Source: Octopus sinensis (Eukaryota). Taken from it: 37,842 nt of DNA. Below the pieces are notes generated by a model. That model was given only the letters and a program-made list of their open reading frames with translations. It was not told the DNA's origin and did not search any database. The stretch spans positions 1 to 37,842 of the forward strand of contig NW_021835889.1 of the NCBI RefSeq assembly GCF_006345805.1, written 5' to 3'. This document shows, piece by piece, positions 1 to 11,600 of the stretch. The stretch's first letter is position 1, and each line of letters begins with the position of its first letter. Position numbers and translations under genes: made by a program.

Positions 1-233
1 TGAGCATGTTCCTGATTTCTGAAGAGAGATGGATATGTCCCATGATCCAAGTATTTTTAAGTCATAGCAACTATCAAATATTACTTCCAATAATTTTCAA
101 CATAGCCACAAGCCCATGTTTGATTATAATATAATTTGTTCCACACTCAAATGACACTTCATTTTAACTTCTCCTCACAGTGCAAGATAGATAAAAACCA
201 AAGTCAACATCAAGATGGATTTGAATTCAGTAT

Positions 234-666
234 AGGTGTAGGAGTGGCTGTATGGTAAGTAGCTTGCTTACGAACCACATGGTTCCGGGTTCAGTCCCAC
301 TGCGTGGCACCTAGGGCGAGTGTCTTCTACAATAGCCTCGGGCCAACCAAAGCCTTGTGAGTGGATTTGATAGACGGAAACTGAAAGAAGCCCGTCGTAT
401 ATATGTATATGTATATATATATATGCATGTGTGTGTATATGTTTGTGTGTCTGTATTTGTCTGCCGCCACCCCCACCCCCCCAACATTGCTTGACAACTG
501 ATGCTGGTGTGTTTACGTCCCTGTAACTTAGCGGTTCGGCAAAAGAGACCTACAGAATAAGTACTAGGCTTACAAAGAATAAGTCCTAGGGTTGATTTGC
601 TCGACTAAAGGTGGTGCTCCAGCATGGCCACAGTCAAATGACTGAAACAAGTTAAAGAGTAAGAGT
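234..666 (+). mobile_element. SINE family A (tRNA-like head, CORE-like box, internal microsatellite)
   Basis: Head aggtgtaggagtggctgtatggtaag...ccgggttcagtccc, central ggcacc(t)agggcgagtgtctt, tail gactgaaacaagttaaagag; many homologues in the window. Confidence 0.85.
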
Positions 667-1254
667 ATATAAGAACAAGAGAAAGGTAACTAAATAGTTC
701 CAGCTCTTTCTTTGGATGCTCTATCTGATTCTGTTAATCGTCTCATATAAAACAAATTGCCTAATTTGCTTCTAAAAGACCCGTCTTCAAACCTGTCAGT
801 CAGCTACATCCTATTGTTGGGCAAATTCAATCAATTTTATTACCATGAGTAGTACCATGCCTATCTATATGTAAACACATATATACAATATACATAATTG
901 TGTCCAATTATACTATGACACAACACTATACATATATATATATATATATTAGAAGGTTTGGAGATGATATATTATGTTTTTATACATCATATAACTTATA
1001 TCATATATTAGTGCTTTCTCCCATTCTAGTGGGATTTTCAAATCGAACTACATATATACATATATACACACACACACACACACATATATATATACACACA
1101 CACACATACACATATATATATATATAAATATATATATACACATACATATATATATATATACACATACACACACACATATATATATATATACACACACACA
1201 CATATATATATATCTGATTGACTGCTAAATGTACAAGTTTTTTTTATTCTCACT

Positions 1255-1392
1255 CTGTTTATTTCTTTATTTTCCTTTCTGTTGAAGAGCATACCCCGAA
1301 ATGTAAAAGACTTTTTCTCACCTTCCCGAGTGTCAACAATATACCTGCTTGTTGTTTATACACCTGTCTTCGTATTTTGTTTTTCTGTAATT
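1255..1392 (+). mobile_element. Penelope-like repeat relic with degenerate hammerhead motif (1275-1309)
   Basis: cttt-CTGTTGA-a-gagc-atac-ccc-GAAA-tg-ta-aaag plus the shared tail cccgagtgtcaacaatatacctgcttgttg. Confidence 0.5.
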
Positions 1393-1398
1393 TCAACT

Positions 1399-1440
<42 letters not shown>

Positions 1441-1938
1441 TATACCCACCACCTGCCACACACATACATGAAGATTTATATTAATAATTTTACAAGAAAT
1501 TTACTTTAAAAAACTTTTATCATAATATTTAAATATGCTTTTATTTCAAAAATGATAACTTCTGTAGAAAATATAAAGAAATATAGAATTCATATATTTT
1601 TTTCATCTGGAAAATCCTAAATTCTAACTGAACTGTGCAACTATTCATAGAAACCATTCTGTTTTAGGAGTGGCACCAGACATTATTATTATATATACTT
1701 TTTTTGTAGGAAAATGGTAATATACAGGTAGATGTAGAGTTGATGGAAGGAATGGTACATCAGAACAGAACAGAAAACCAATATTTGTTATTCTTGTGAA
1801 TTGTCCCGATTATATTGTTATAATAAATGTTGAACTAAGGTATTAACATAGAAAATGTATGTGTGCATGGAAGTATATACACATACATTCGTACGTATGT
1901 ACATACATACACACACACACACATACATACATGCATAC

Positions 1939-1972
<34 letters not shown>

Positions 1973-1982
1973 GAAACAAAAA

Positions 1983-2799
1983 ATGGGACAAGAATGTAAC
2001 AGGCAACAACAAAACATCCAGAAAGTTAGACAATACAAAAAAGGGACATGAGAAAACAAGGATGAGTCATTCAGAGTTTTCTATCTTCAGTCAAGTTCCA
2101 GATTTTCTCAGCAGTTTCAGCTGATTATACTCAAGACTGCTTCAATCTGGCCAGCTCCAAGAAAATCTAAGCTAAGAGCACTAGATTCTTTGGAAGAAAG
2201 CAAGTGAATGTATACGAAAACAAGGACGAAAAAAAAAAACGAGAAATGGTACACAAATATAAATGCAGACAACAGGTGTCTCTTGACTAAGGACGAATTA
2301 AATTAAGCTGGCGTGTATGGAAGTAAAACCTTATGGCATGGATATAAGAGATGAAAGCCATGGGAAGGAATATAAATGTTGCACAGATGGTAGTCGAACC
2401 AAGAAAAAAAGGTCAGGCTTGGCGGAATACCGGTCACGTGGAAAGAGAGGAGAGAGGTAGGAGCAGAGGGATAGAAGAATTAGGGAGGGGAGAGAAAGAG
2501 AGAAAAAAAAGAAAAGGGACAGAGTGAGGTAAAAGAGGAGGGAAGTTGAGAATGAAGGGAAGGCCAAGAAATGTGAGAGAGGAGGAGTGAGGAAAAGAAA
2601 AGTGGAAAGAATGAAGTAAGTGTGAAGGGGCTGAAAGAAAGAATAAGGAAGTCATACAGAATTTAGATATAAAAGTGTACATACACCGCTAATGGAACAA
2701 GAATGCAACAGGCGACAACAAAACATCCAGACAGTTAGACAATACAAAAACAGGACAGGAAAAAAAAACAAGAATGGGTCATTCGGAGTTTTCTTCAGT
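1983..2799 (-). mobile_element. Non-autonomous element bounded by ~108-bp direct repeats (Penelope-like, inferred)
   Basis: 1983-2091 closely matches 2692-2799. Internal purine tract and GGTCACGTG at 2432-2440. CTGAAGA at the minus-strand 5' edge of each repeat. Confidence 0.5.
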
Positions 2800-2829
2800 T
2801 ACATATACACACACATTTGTATGCATATA

Positions 2830-3209
2830 CACTTGCGTCAGAAATTAATTAGCACTTCTCAAATTTCTACATTAAATAGGTTAAATCAATTAACCTATGA
2901 GCTGTTCAAAACGTCTTACGCGATGAGAAAACTTAGTATGGTGTGATTTCGGTCCTTGCGAGGTGCTACCTATATCTATTAAACAAAGGAAGATTTGTCT
3001 GCATCCGCACTCCAAGTTGTTGTTGCACTGCTATGTCAACATCATAAGGCTGTAGACTCTCAAACTGCTCTGCAAACAAAGTTACGTCATCGTTCTGCGC
3101 AACAGTGAACTCGCAACAAAGCAATAGTTCGAGATATGGCCACTAGGTGACAGCACATACCTTGAGTGAAGAGCAAATCAAGGGTGCTAATTAATTTCTG
3201 ACGGTAGTG
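2830..3209. mobile_element. Tc1/mariner-type MITE
   Basis: 26-bp TIRs cacttgcgtcagaaattaattagcac / gtgctaattaatttctgacggtagtg, TA on both sides, no ORF. Confidence 0.85.
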
Positions 3210-3245
3210 TATATATCAAAACAGATGATAGAGAGAAGATTTAGG

Positions 3246-3465
3246 TGTTATTTATTCACCATTACACTTGTTTCGTTTGCTAATAGGAGTTACAAGATTG
3301 TATATGTAGGAGAAAAATGTAAGATATCTCCTATTAGACATTCTTTAGAAAAAGAATCAAATAATTATTGATTCTTTGAAGAATTTCTAATAGGAAGTAT
3401 CTTACATGTACAATTTTGTAGCTCCTATTAGCAAACGAAACAAATGTAATGCTGAATAAATAATA
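3246..3465. mobile_element. Fold-back (palindromic) MITE
   Basis: Near-perfect ~220-bp palindrome centred on aatcaaataattattgatt, with a short insertion in the left arm. Confidence 0.75.
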
Positions 3466-3611
3466 TAAAAAATACTTTTTTTCCCCAATCTCCAGTTTTG
3501 ATATGTAATCACTCTGGAAGAAATATCTTCCAGTATTTTTCAGCCCTTATGCATGTCTCACACAAATATAACATCTACATACAACTTTGGAGTACTAGAA
3601 TAAGATGTACT

Positions 3612-3833
3612 TTAACCCTTTTGTTACTGTATTTATTTTAAGATGCTCTGTGTTTCTTTCAATAAATATAACAAAGAATTTAGCAAAATAACTTAGTTAT
3701 CATTAAGCTAGTGATAGGAACATAAATTGTGACAAAGGTTTGGTGGAAGATTTTAATTCAAAACTTATGAAAAGAAGACATTTTTACTCAGAGCTAGAGC
3801 CGGTTTCAGCCGGGTTGGTAATGAAAGGGTTAA
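3612..3833. mobile_element. piggyBac-type MITE
   Basis: TTAA-CCCTTT...AAAGGG-TTAA ends; same body as the copies at 14823-15545. Confidence 0.85.
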
Positions 3834-3879
3834 AACCACACAGCTGGGATTATGTTGAATCCTAGACATCTTTTTCTCT

Positions 3880-4020
3880 CTGATTTTTTCCCCCTTTCAA
3901 CCCTTTCTGTTGAACAGCGTATGCTCAAAACGTTAAAAACTGTTCCCTTCTTCCTGAGCGTCAAATTAATATACCTGCTTGCTGTTTCCTTGCTTGGCTT
4001 CGTCTTTTGTTTTCTGTACA
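3880..4020 (+). mobile_element. Penelope-like repeat relic with degenerate hammerhead motif (3903-3938)
   Basis: cttt-CTGTTGA-a-cagc-gtat-gctc-AAAA-cg-tt-aaaa plus tail cctgagcgtcaaattaatatacctgcttg. Confidence 0.5.
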
Positions 4021-4224
4021 TTTGAAACATATAATAAAACTCTCTTATTTCTGATACATTCTATTCTCTACAATTATGTTTAGATATATAAATTCCATGC
4101 TCTAAATTGATACCATTTGTCTGTTCTTTCTTCTTTTGCTTACTGTACATATACACACATACATTATATATATATATACACACACATACTTTTGTTTCAT
4201 TTATAGGAATAGTTTTAATTTACT

Positions 4225-4459
4225 AAGGCAGCAAGCTGGCAGAAACGTTAGTACGCTGGCCAAAATACCTAGCGGTATTTCATCTGCCTCTACGTTCTGA
4301 GTTCAAATTCCGTGAGGTCGACTTTGCCTTTCATCCTTTCGGGGTCGATTAAATAAGTACCAGTTACGCACTGGGGTTGATATAATCGACTTAACCCATT
4401 TGTCTGTCCTTGTTTGTCTTCTCTGTGTTTAGCCCCTTGTGGGTAGTAAAGAAATAGGT
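4225..4459 (+). mobile_element. SINE family B (tRNA-like head, Nin/Deu-like central domain)
   Basis: A/B-box-like ggcagcaagctggcagaa and gagttcaaattcc; central gtcgactttgcctttcatcctttcggggtcgat; 16-bp TSD atagttttaatttact (4209-4224, 4460-4475). Confidence 0.9.
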
Positions 4460-4483
4460 ATAGTTTTAATTTACTTTTACATA

Positions 4484-5291
4484 TGTGAGGAGATGCCCAA
4501 AAGTAATTGGAAATGTACTCTGTGGTACAAGACCATTGCAGTTCAGGCTTCTTCCAAGAGAAGCCACTTCAGGAGCAGCATTATCAGGTGAAGTCATACA
4601 GCCACGTAGTGCGTCTTTGTTTTGCAGTGCTTCACCCATTCGTTGATTTTTGAGAAGGCTGAAATGAAGGAACAGAGTGCTTCTGTGAAATTCTGTTTTC
4701 TGCTGGGGAAAAAAAAGAGTAGCCTAAACAGTTGTCATGCTTCAAACAGCCTACGAGGGTTTGTATACTTTAAGAATGGTCACTTGTCACTTGAAAAACC
4801 AACCTCGTTCAGGACAACTGTCGATCTCCTGGACGAATGAAAATGTGAAAATTCATGAACTGATATTGGAGGACCATCTCTGAACAATTGCCAAACTTTT
4901 TGATATGTCTGGTGTGTCTTGAAGCTTCTGCCAATGAATTTCGACTGAGGAATTGTGAATAAAAGAAGTCACAGCAAAATTTGTGCCTCGCTTGCTCAAA
5001 GATCAAAAGCGGTCACAACTGAATGTGGGAGTTGATCTGGACCTTTTTTTGAAGGTCATCGCTGGCGATGAAAGCTGGTGCTACGGAATTTGTGGAGGAG
5101 GTGAAGAAAAAACAACGGAGGCATCGTTTCACAGGAGTTCCAGCACTGCTTCAAATAACGGAAAGCATTCCTGGAACAATGAAATGCTTCAAATAGAGAA
5201 TATTTGAAGGTGATAAAAAGTGTCAACATGTAAAACTAAGTAAATAAAATAATATTGCAAAATTCTGGTTTGTTTTAGGTACATCCTCATA
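4484..5291 (+). mobile_element. Degenerate, internally deleted mariner transposon
   Basis: Broken frames give MKEQSASVKFCFLLGK, FKNGHLSLE/QPRSG, PRLL, VIAGDESWCYG and a C-terminal EFQHCFK...EYFEGD-like end. The HDNA/YSPDLAP region is missing. Degenerate TIRs tgtgaggagatgcccaaaa and ttttaggtacatcctcata. Confidence 0.85.
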
Positions 5292-5317
5292 TATATATGT
5301 ATATATGTACGGAAGAT

Positions 5318-5541
5318 TCAAGCGAGGTCGTTGCCAGTACCGCCTGACTGGCCCCGTGCTGGGGGCAGGTAAAAGCACCCACTACACTCTCAGAGTGGTT
5401 GGCGTTAGGAAGGGCAGACAGCTGTAGAAACTCTGCCAGATCAAGAATGAAGCCTGGTGCAGACATCTGGTTCGCCAGCCCTCAGTCAAACGTCCAACCC
5501 ATGCTAGCATGGAAAGTGGACATTAAACGACGATGATGATG
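5318..5541 (+). mobile_element. Family D retroposon with RTE-like 3' tail and (GAT)n end
   Basis: ggcgttaggaagggcagacagctgtagaaa...aacccatgctagcatggaaagtggacattaaacgacgatgatgat; related pieces at about 9968-10090, 11826-11942(-), 30690-30980, 32640-32770 and 36246-36378(-). Confidence 0.75.
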
Positions 5542-5669
5542 TATGCAAGCTTGGCCCAGTGGATGAGAAATTCACTACCCAATACGGTTTGAGCTCTTTG
5601 CATAGGATGTTAGGTGTGTATTTTCTGGCATACACAATAACATTTGAGCAGAATTTGGTGATCGACCTT

Positions 5670-5898
5670 AAGGCGGTGATATGGCAGAAGCGTTAGTATG
5701 CCGGGCGAAATGCTTAGTGGTATTTCGTCTGCCGTTATTGAGTTCAAATTCCACCGAGGTCGACTTTGCCTTTCATCCTTTTGGGGTCGATTAAATAAGT
5801 ACCATTTTTGCATTGGGGTCGATGTAATCGACTTAATCCTTTTGTCTGTCCTTGTTTGTCCCCTCTATGTTTAGCCCCTTGTGGGCAATAAAGAAATA
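5670..5898 (+). mobile_element. SINE family B
   Basis: Homologue; TSD agaatttggtgat (5650-5662, 5899-5911). Confidence 0.9.
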
Positions 5899-6234
5899 AG
5901 AATTTGGTGATTGAAACTATAATAAGAATGTTTGACATTTGAGTTGCAGGCAATCTTTGCAATTCGTGTTAACAAATTCCACTGAACTAGTGATTGATCC
6001 ATTGGAAATCTGTAACCAATGATGCTGTTATTTCTGAAGATGATGCAAAATACTTAAAAAAAAAAAAAAAAGTGTATGTGTGTGTGACCACATTCCTGAT
6101 TTCTGACGAGATGGATGTGTCCCATGATCCAAGGATCATTAAGTCATATGGTGCTGAGTCAAGCTGTTATCAAATGTAAATCTAACTCCTACTAAACACA
6201 TTGAATGTCACATTCTTTCATTTGTTTTCCAACA

Positions 6235-6285
<51 letters not shown>

Positions 6286-6288
<3 letters not shown>

Positions 6289-6461
6289 CGCAGGAGTGGC
6301 TGTGTGGTAAGTAGCTTGCTAACCAACCACATGGTTCCGGGTTCAGTCCCACTGTGTGGCATCTTGGGCAAGTGTCTTCTGCTATAGCCCCGGGCCTACC
6401 AATGCCTTGTGAGTGGATTTGGTAGACGGAAACTGAAAGAAGCCTGTCATATATATGTATG

Positions 6462-6526
<65 letters not shown>

Positions 6527-6727
6527 TTGTGTGTCTCTGTTTGTCCCCCTAACATCGCTTGACAACCGATGCTAGTGTGTTTACGCCCCCGTCACTTAGC
6601 GGTTTGGCAAAAGTGACTGATAGAATAAGTACTGGACTTACAAAGAGTAAGTCTTGGGGTCGATTTGCTCGACTAAAGGTGGTGCTCCAGCATGGCCACA
6701 GTCAAATGACTGAAACAAGTAAAAGAG
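6286..6727 (+). mobile_element. SINE family A
   Basis: Full-length homologue of 234-666. Confidence 0.88.
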
Positions 6728-6917
6728 TATATATATATGTATATATATGCATTTGGTGTACATTAAGATGTAGTACTAGTGCTGTATGAGTTCATGTAGA
6801 TTATCACTGTTTGGTAGTTAGTTGGCCACTGTACTAAGCAGCACTACTAGTTATGGTATGAATAATCATAACTAGTACACACACACACTTATTATATATA
6901 TATATATATATATATAT

Positions 6918-7290
6918 AGGCGTAGGAGTGGCTGTGTGGTAAGTAGCTTGATTACTAACCACATGGTTCTGAGTTCAGTCCCATTGCATGGCACCTTGGG
7001 CAAGTGTCTTCTAATATAGCCTTGGGCCCACCAAAACCTTGTGTGGATTTGGTAGGTGGAAACTGAAAGAAGCCCATCATATATATGTATGTGTGTGTCT
7101 GTTTGTTCCCTCCCCCCAACATCACTTGACAACTGATGCTGGTGTGTTTACGTCCCCGTAACTTAGTGGTTCAGCAAAAGAGACCTATAGAATAAGTACT
7201 GGGCTTACAAAGAATAAGTCCTGGGGTTGATTTGCTCGACTAAAGGCGGTGCTCCTGCATGGCCACAGTCAAATGATTGACACAAGTAAG
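6918..7290 (+). mobile_element. SINE family A
   Basis: Full-length homologue. Confidence 0.88.
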
Positions 7291-7307
7291 TAAACAGTAT
7301 ATATATA

Positions 7308-7356
<49 letters not shown>

Positions 7357-7691
7357 TATTGGCAGCTGTTTGTCACAGGTCAGCATTAACTTTCCTGTCT
7401 GCTGCAGCAAATCAAGAGCAGCCGCCACATGTGAGTCTGCTAGAGATGATTTCGGAACAGAACACTCATATATATACATATATGAAAATAGACTATGCTG
7501 TATATATGTGTTCACTTTGTAACACAATCTCAGTTGGATCTTATTGAGTAGTACATCAGGCATCTTCATTTACAACCTTTGGTTTCACCAATACCTTGTC
7601 TATGGAATTTGTTGGGGGGGAGGGGGGTAAAAACTGTGCAAATGCTGATCATAAATGCACAGACAACAGGATTTATATAATACATCATCAA

Positions 7692-8311
7692 CATTCTGTT
7701 GTGTATGGGGAGAGTCATTTTCTTTTTGTGCCTTATTATGTGACACACTCACCGGTAAAATTTCCACTTTTTTTTTTCTTATTTATATTGTCCTAAAATG
7801 TTTGTTGCGTCTTGCAACCTTTTCAATAGTTTTGACTCTCTTCTTTATATGAGTTTGTGTGTTGAAGCATATTCTGTTGTGTCTGGGAAGAGTCATTTTC
7901 TTTTTGTGCCTTATTATGTAACACACTCACCGGTAAAATTTCCACGTCTTTCATATTTATATTGTCCTAAAATGTTTGTTGCGTCTTGCAACCTTTTCAA
8001 TAGTTTTGACTCTCTTCTTTATATGAGTTTGTGTGTTGAAGCATATTCTGTTGTGTCTGGAGAGAGTCATTTTCTTTTTGTGCCTTATAATGTAACACAC
8101 TCACCGGTAACATTTCCACTTTTTTTTTCTTATTTTTATTGTCCTAAAATTTTCGTTGCGTCTTGCAACCTTTTCAATAGTTTTGACTAATAAAAATAAG
8201 AAAAACATGGAAATTTTGCCAGTGAGTGTGTTACATAATAAGGCACAAAAAGAAAATGACTCTCTCCAGACACAACAGAATATGCTTCAACACACGAACT
8301 CACATAAAGAA
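7692..8311. repeat. ~175-bp tandem repeat (about 3 units) ending in an inverted partial unit
   Basis: Marker ttgtcctaaaat at 7788, 7962 and 8139 (periods 174 and 177). 8190-8311 is the reverse complement of about 8020-8139. Confidence 0.9.
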
Positions 8312-8482
8312 TCTTGCAAACCAAATCCAAAAATGAAATATCATCAACGTTGTTTTATTTCAATTTTCTTCAAGTCTGCATGGCTTGGCTACCATCTCAG
8401 CCTCAGTCTTTTACTCTTTTCCAAGCAACTTAATATTTCCCCCATAATCAGATATCTTTTCATGAAAGACTGTAAAGAAATG

Positions 8483-8804
8483 TTAGTTAGTTAGTTAATT
8501 TGGCTCAAAAGTAAATAGCAAGGCCATGTAGGGGGACATGGAGTTAAGTACAGGGTGGTGTTCATGTAAAGAGTTCAGGCCACTTGAGGTCCAGGGAGGC
8601 TTTGAACAAAGTGGTTGTCGGCATCCTCACCATCTCGTCTGGCAGCTTGTTCCACGGATCCGCAACCCGGACTGAGAAAGCTCCTCTCCTTCGATTGAGA
8701 TGAAATCGTCGCAGGTAGAGCTTTTCGGAATGACCCCGCAGCCGACGCTCTGGAGCAGGAGTGAAGAACAGCTCTTTCGAGAGGTTACACTTTCCGCTTA
8801 TGAT
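8483..8804 (-). mobile_element. 5'-truncated CR1-type LINE (ORF2 C-terminus, 3' UTR, (CTAA)n tail)
   Basis: 8804-8562 is an open frame: IISGKCNLSKELFFTPAPERRLRGHSEKLYLRRFHLNRRRGAFSVRVADPWNKLPDEMVRMPTTTLFKASLDLKWPELFT*. It has the RGHxxKL, FSxRV, WNxLP and FKxxLD motifs of CR1/L2-clade ORF2. gaaatg flanks both sides (8477-8482, 8805-8810). Confidence 0.88.
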
Positions 8805-9136
8805 GAAATGAGACCACTTGTATGAGGGTCACTGTTGTATACAAGTAAATGTTAAGACAGAGAGCTACACACATACATACAACAGGCTTCTTTTGGTTTC
8901 ATTCCACCAAATTCACTCACGACGGATAAAACTCACTCAAGATGACATATAGTGAGACTGAATCCAAGATATATGGAAGTATATCTATCTTTATATATAG
9001 GTGTCTGCATCTGCTTCCACAGTGAAAGGTCTTATCATGTTAACATACACTCAATCATGTCAACTACGACTTTATACAGATTCATATTAATCAATGCTGC
9101 TTCATGTGACGTCATTTATTTAATTGTAGCTAAAAC

Positions 9137-9371
9137 CTATTTCTTTACTACCCACAAGGGGCTAAACACAAGAGGGGACAAACAAGGACAGACAAACGGA
9201 TTAAGTCAATTATATCGACCCCAGTGTGTAACTGGTACTTAATTTATCGAACCCGAAAGGATGAAAGGCAAAGTCGACCTTGGCGGAATTTGAACTCAGA
9301 ACATAGCGGCAGACGAAATACTGCTAAGCATTTCGGCCGGTGTGCTAACGTTTCTGCCAGCTCGCCGCCTT
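9137..9371 (-). mobile_element. SINE family B
   Basis: Reverse homologue; attgtagct on both sides (9123-9131, 9373-9381). Confidence 0.9.
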
Positions 9372-9532
9372 TATTGTAGCTTAACCAAGCTCTGCAAATG
9401 TCAACAAATGTATCACAAGTTGTTCTAATACAAGAATGAATTTATTTTCATTGAGCTGTGAATGACAGATTTGGTGTTTGTAATTGATGACAAAAAAGCG
9501 TAGGTGAGTGGTGATGATTTATGAAAAATATA

Positions 9533-9939
9533 CTCTTTACTCTCTCTTTTACTTGTTTCAGTCATTTGACTGTGGCCATGCTGGAGCACTGCCTTTAGTC
9601 GAGCAAATTGACCCCAGGACTTACTCTTTGTAAGCCTAGTACTTATTCTGTTGGTTTCTTTTGCCGAACCGCTAAGTTACGGGGATGTAAACACACCACC
9701 ATCGGTTGTCAAGTGATGTCGGGGAGACAAACAGACACACATACATATACACACATGCATATATATATATATACATACATACGCCGGGTTTTTTTTAGTT
9801 TCCGTCTACCAAATCCACTCACAAGGCTTTGGTCGGCCCGAGGCTATAGTAGAAGACACTTGCCCAAGGTTCCATGCAGTGGGAATGAACCCGGAACCAT
9901 GTGGTTGGTAAGCAAGCTACTTACCACACAGCCACTCCT
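9533..9939 (-). mobile_element. SINE family A
   Basis: Reverse-complement full-length homologue. Confidence 0.88.
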
Positions 9940-10290
9940 CTGAATAAAAAAAAAAAAAGTAGTAAATGGCATTGGGAAGGGCATCCAGCTGTAGAATCCA
10001 TTCCAAATCAGACATTAGAGCTTAGTGCAGCCCTTTGACTCAGAAGTTTCTGTCAAACCTTTCATAAAAAAGGGTGTTAAATGATGTGATGGAAAACAAG
10101 ATCTGTAAAGAGCATATGAATTCAAGAAAAGCATGTACAATGCACATGAACTCATATGTATGTGTGTGTGTAAGTGTGTTTGTTGTTAATGGTAGGTTCA
10201 CATCTCATCTAAATGATGCATGGAAAAATTAAGTGATCTTTATTTGCACATCTTAAAAGTTGGTGGGAGAAACTGGTATAGGTAGCAACA

Positions 10291-10488
10291 AGGCAGCAAG
10301 CTGGCAGAATCGTTAGCATGCTACGTTCTGAGTTCAAATTCCGTCAAGGTCGACTTTGCCATTCATCTTTCAGGGTCGATAAATTAAGTACCAGTTACGC
10401 ACTGGGGTCATTATAATCGACTTAATCCATTTGTCTGTCCTTGTTTGTCCTCTCTGTGTTTAGCCCCTTGTGGGTAAGTAAAGAAATA
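10291..10488 (+). mobile_element. SINE family B with deletion in the head
   Basis: TSD ggtataggtagcaaca (10275-10290, 10489-10504). Confidence 0.9.
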
Positions 10489-10996
10489 GGTATAGGTAGC
10501 AACATACCATCATACTGTGATGGAAGCTATGATTCAGGTCTCGCATCTAGTATGTTGTACATCCTGGGCTATATAGTAGATGAGATGGTAATATGGAGTC
10601 TAGGAATCCCTTCAGCCAAATTTGGCAGTCTTTTGCTTATTTATACAACCTCAACTATCTTGATTTTATCTTGCTGCTAATAATATTATTGTCGGCATAA
10701 GAGAGTGAGTCTGATGTGTGCATGTGTGTGTGCATGCAGCTTTATCCTGAAAAAAAAAATATCATAGTAGTTTAGCATTTGTCACTAGTAATTGCTTGGT
10801 CATTACATTACTCACACCCACATATATATATATATAAATGTTTGAGGAGTTGCCAATAGCCAAACTGGTTATATGCTACATCAGGAGCAGACTGCTCAGC
10901 AACAAAAGTATAACTTCTTAATTCTTCTGGTAGTGTGTGTGTGTGCTTTTTCTTTGACTATAGACAACTAATTGATAATATATACACATACATACA

Positions 10997-11031
<35 letters not shown>

Positions 11032-11269
11032 TTATTTATATTAAGGGCATTACTATACATAAAAGCCTCACACTAGGAGGGACTCATAAAGTCAAAACTA
11101 CCATAATAAAACACATTGTATCGAACGCGAGTAATGCCCTTAATATAAATAGATATATTTAAGAGGAATAATTGATGGATTTTTCCCTTATGAGGTTTTT
11201 CACACTAACTACTTGATAAATTCTTCTTTTTTTTTCCTATTTTTTAATTTTATATAAAAAATCAAGATC

Positions 11270-11520
11270 AAATTCGATGACTGGCGTCCGTGCTAGCAGG
11301 ATGCAAAGAGCACCATACGAGTGTGATCATTGACAGAGCGGCTAACCGGCGTCCGTGCCAGTGGCACTTAAAAGGCACCATTCGAGCATGATTGTTACCA
11401 GCATCGCCTTACTGGCACCCGAGCCCTGTGCTAGTAGGATATTAAGAGCACCATCCGAGCATGATCGCTGCCAGAGCGGCTATCTGGCCTCCGTGTCGGT
11501 GGCACGTAAGAAACACCATA
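11270..11520 (+). mobile_element. Family D internal region with ~60-70-bp tandem subunits
   Basis: Four imperfect units ctggc..ccgtg....ggca..taa.a.gcaccat.cgagc.tgat; related to the start of 5318-5400. Confidence 0.65.
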
Positions 11521-11600
11521 GTGATACTAATAATGTGGGGTTAGAACTCAGTATAAACATGCTTCACAATAAAGCATCAGTTGAGTACAGAGGAATAATA

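Noticed and set aside
6770-6880. Small hairpins ending near CTAG, possible Helitron end
   Set aside because: Stems are AT-rich and imperfect, with no matching 5' TC end or second copy.
9608-9943. Recurrent ORF RLPNPLTRLWSARGYSRRHLPKVP (also 6218, 29693, 6872)
   Set aside because: Antisense reading of SINE family A, not a gene family.
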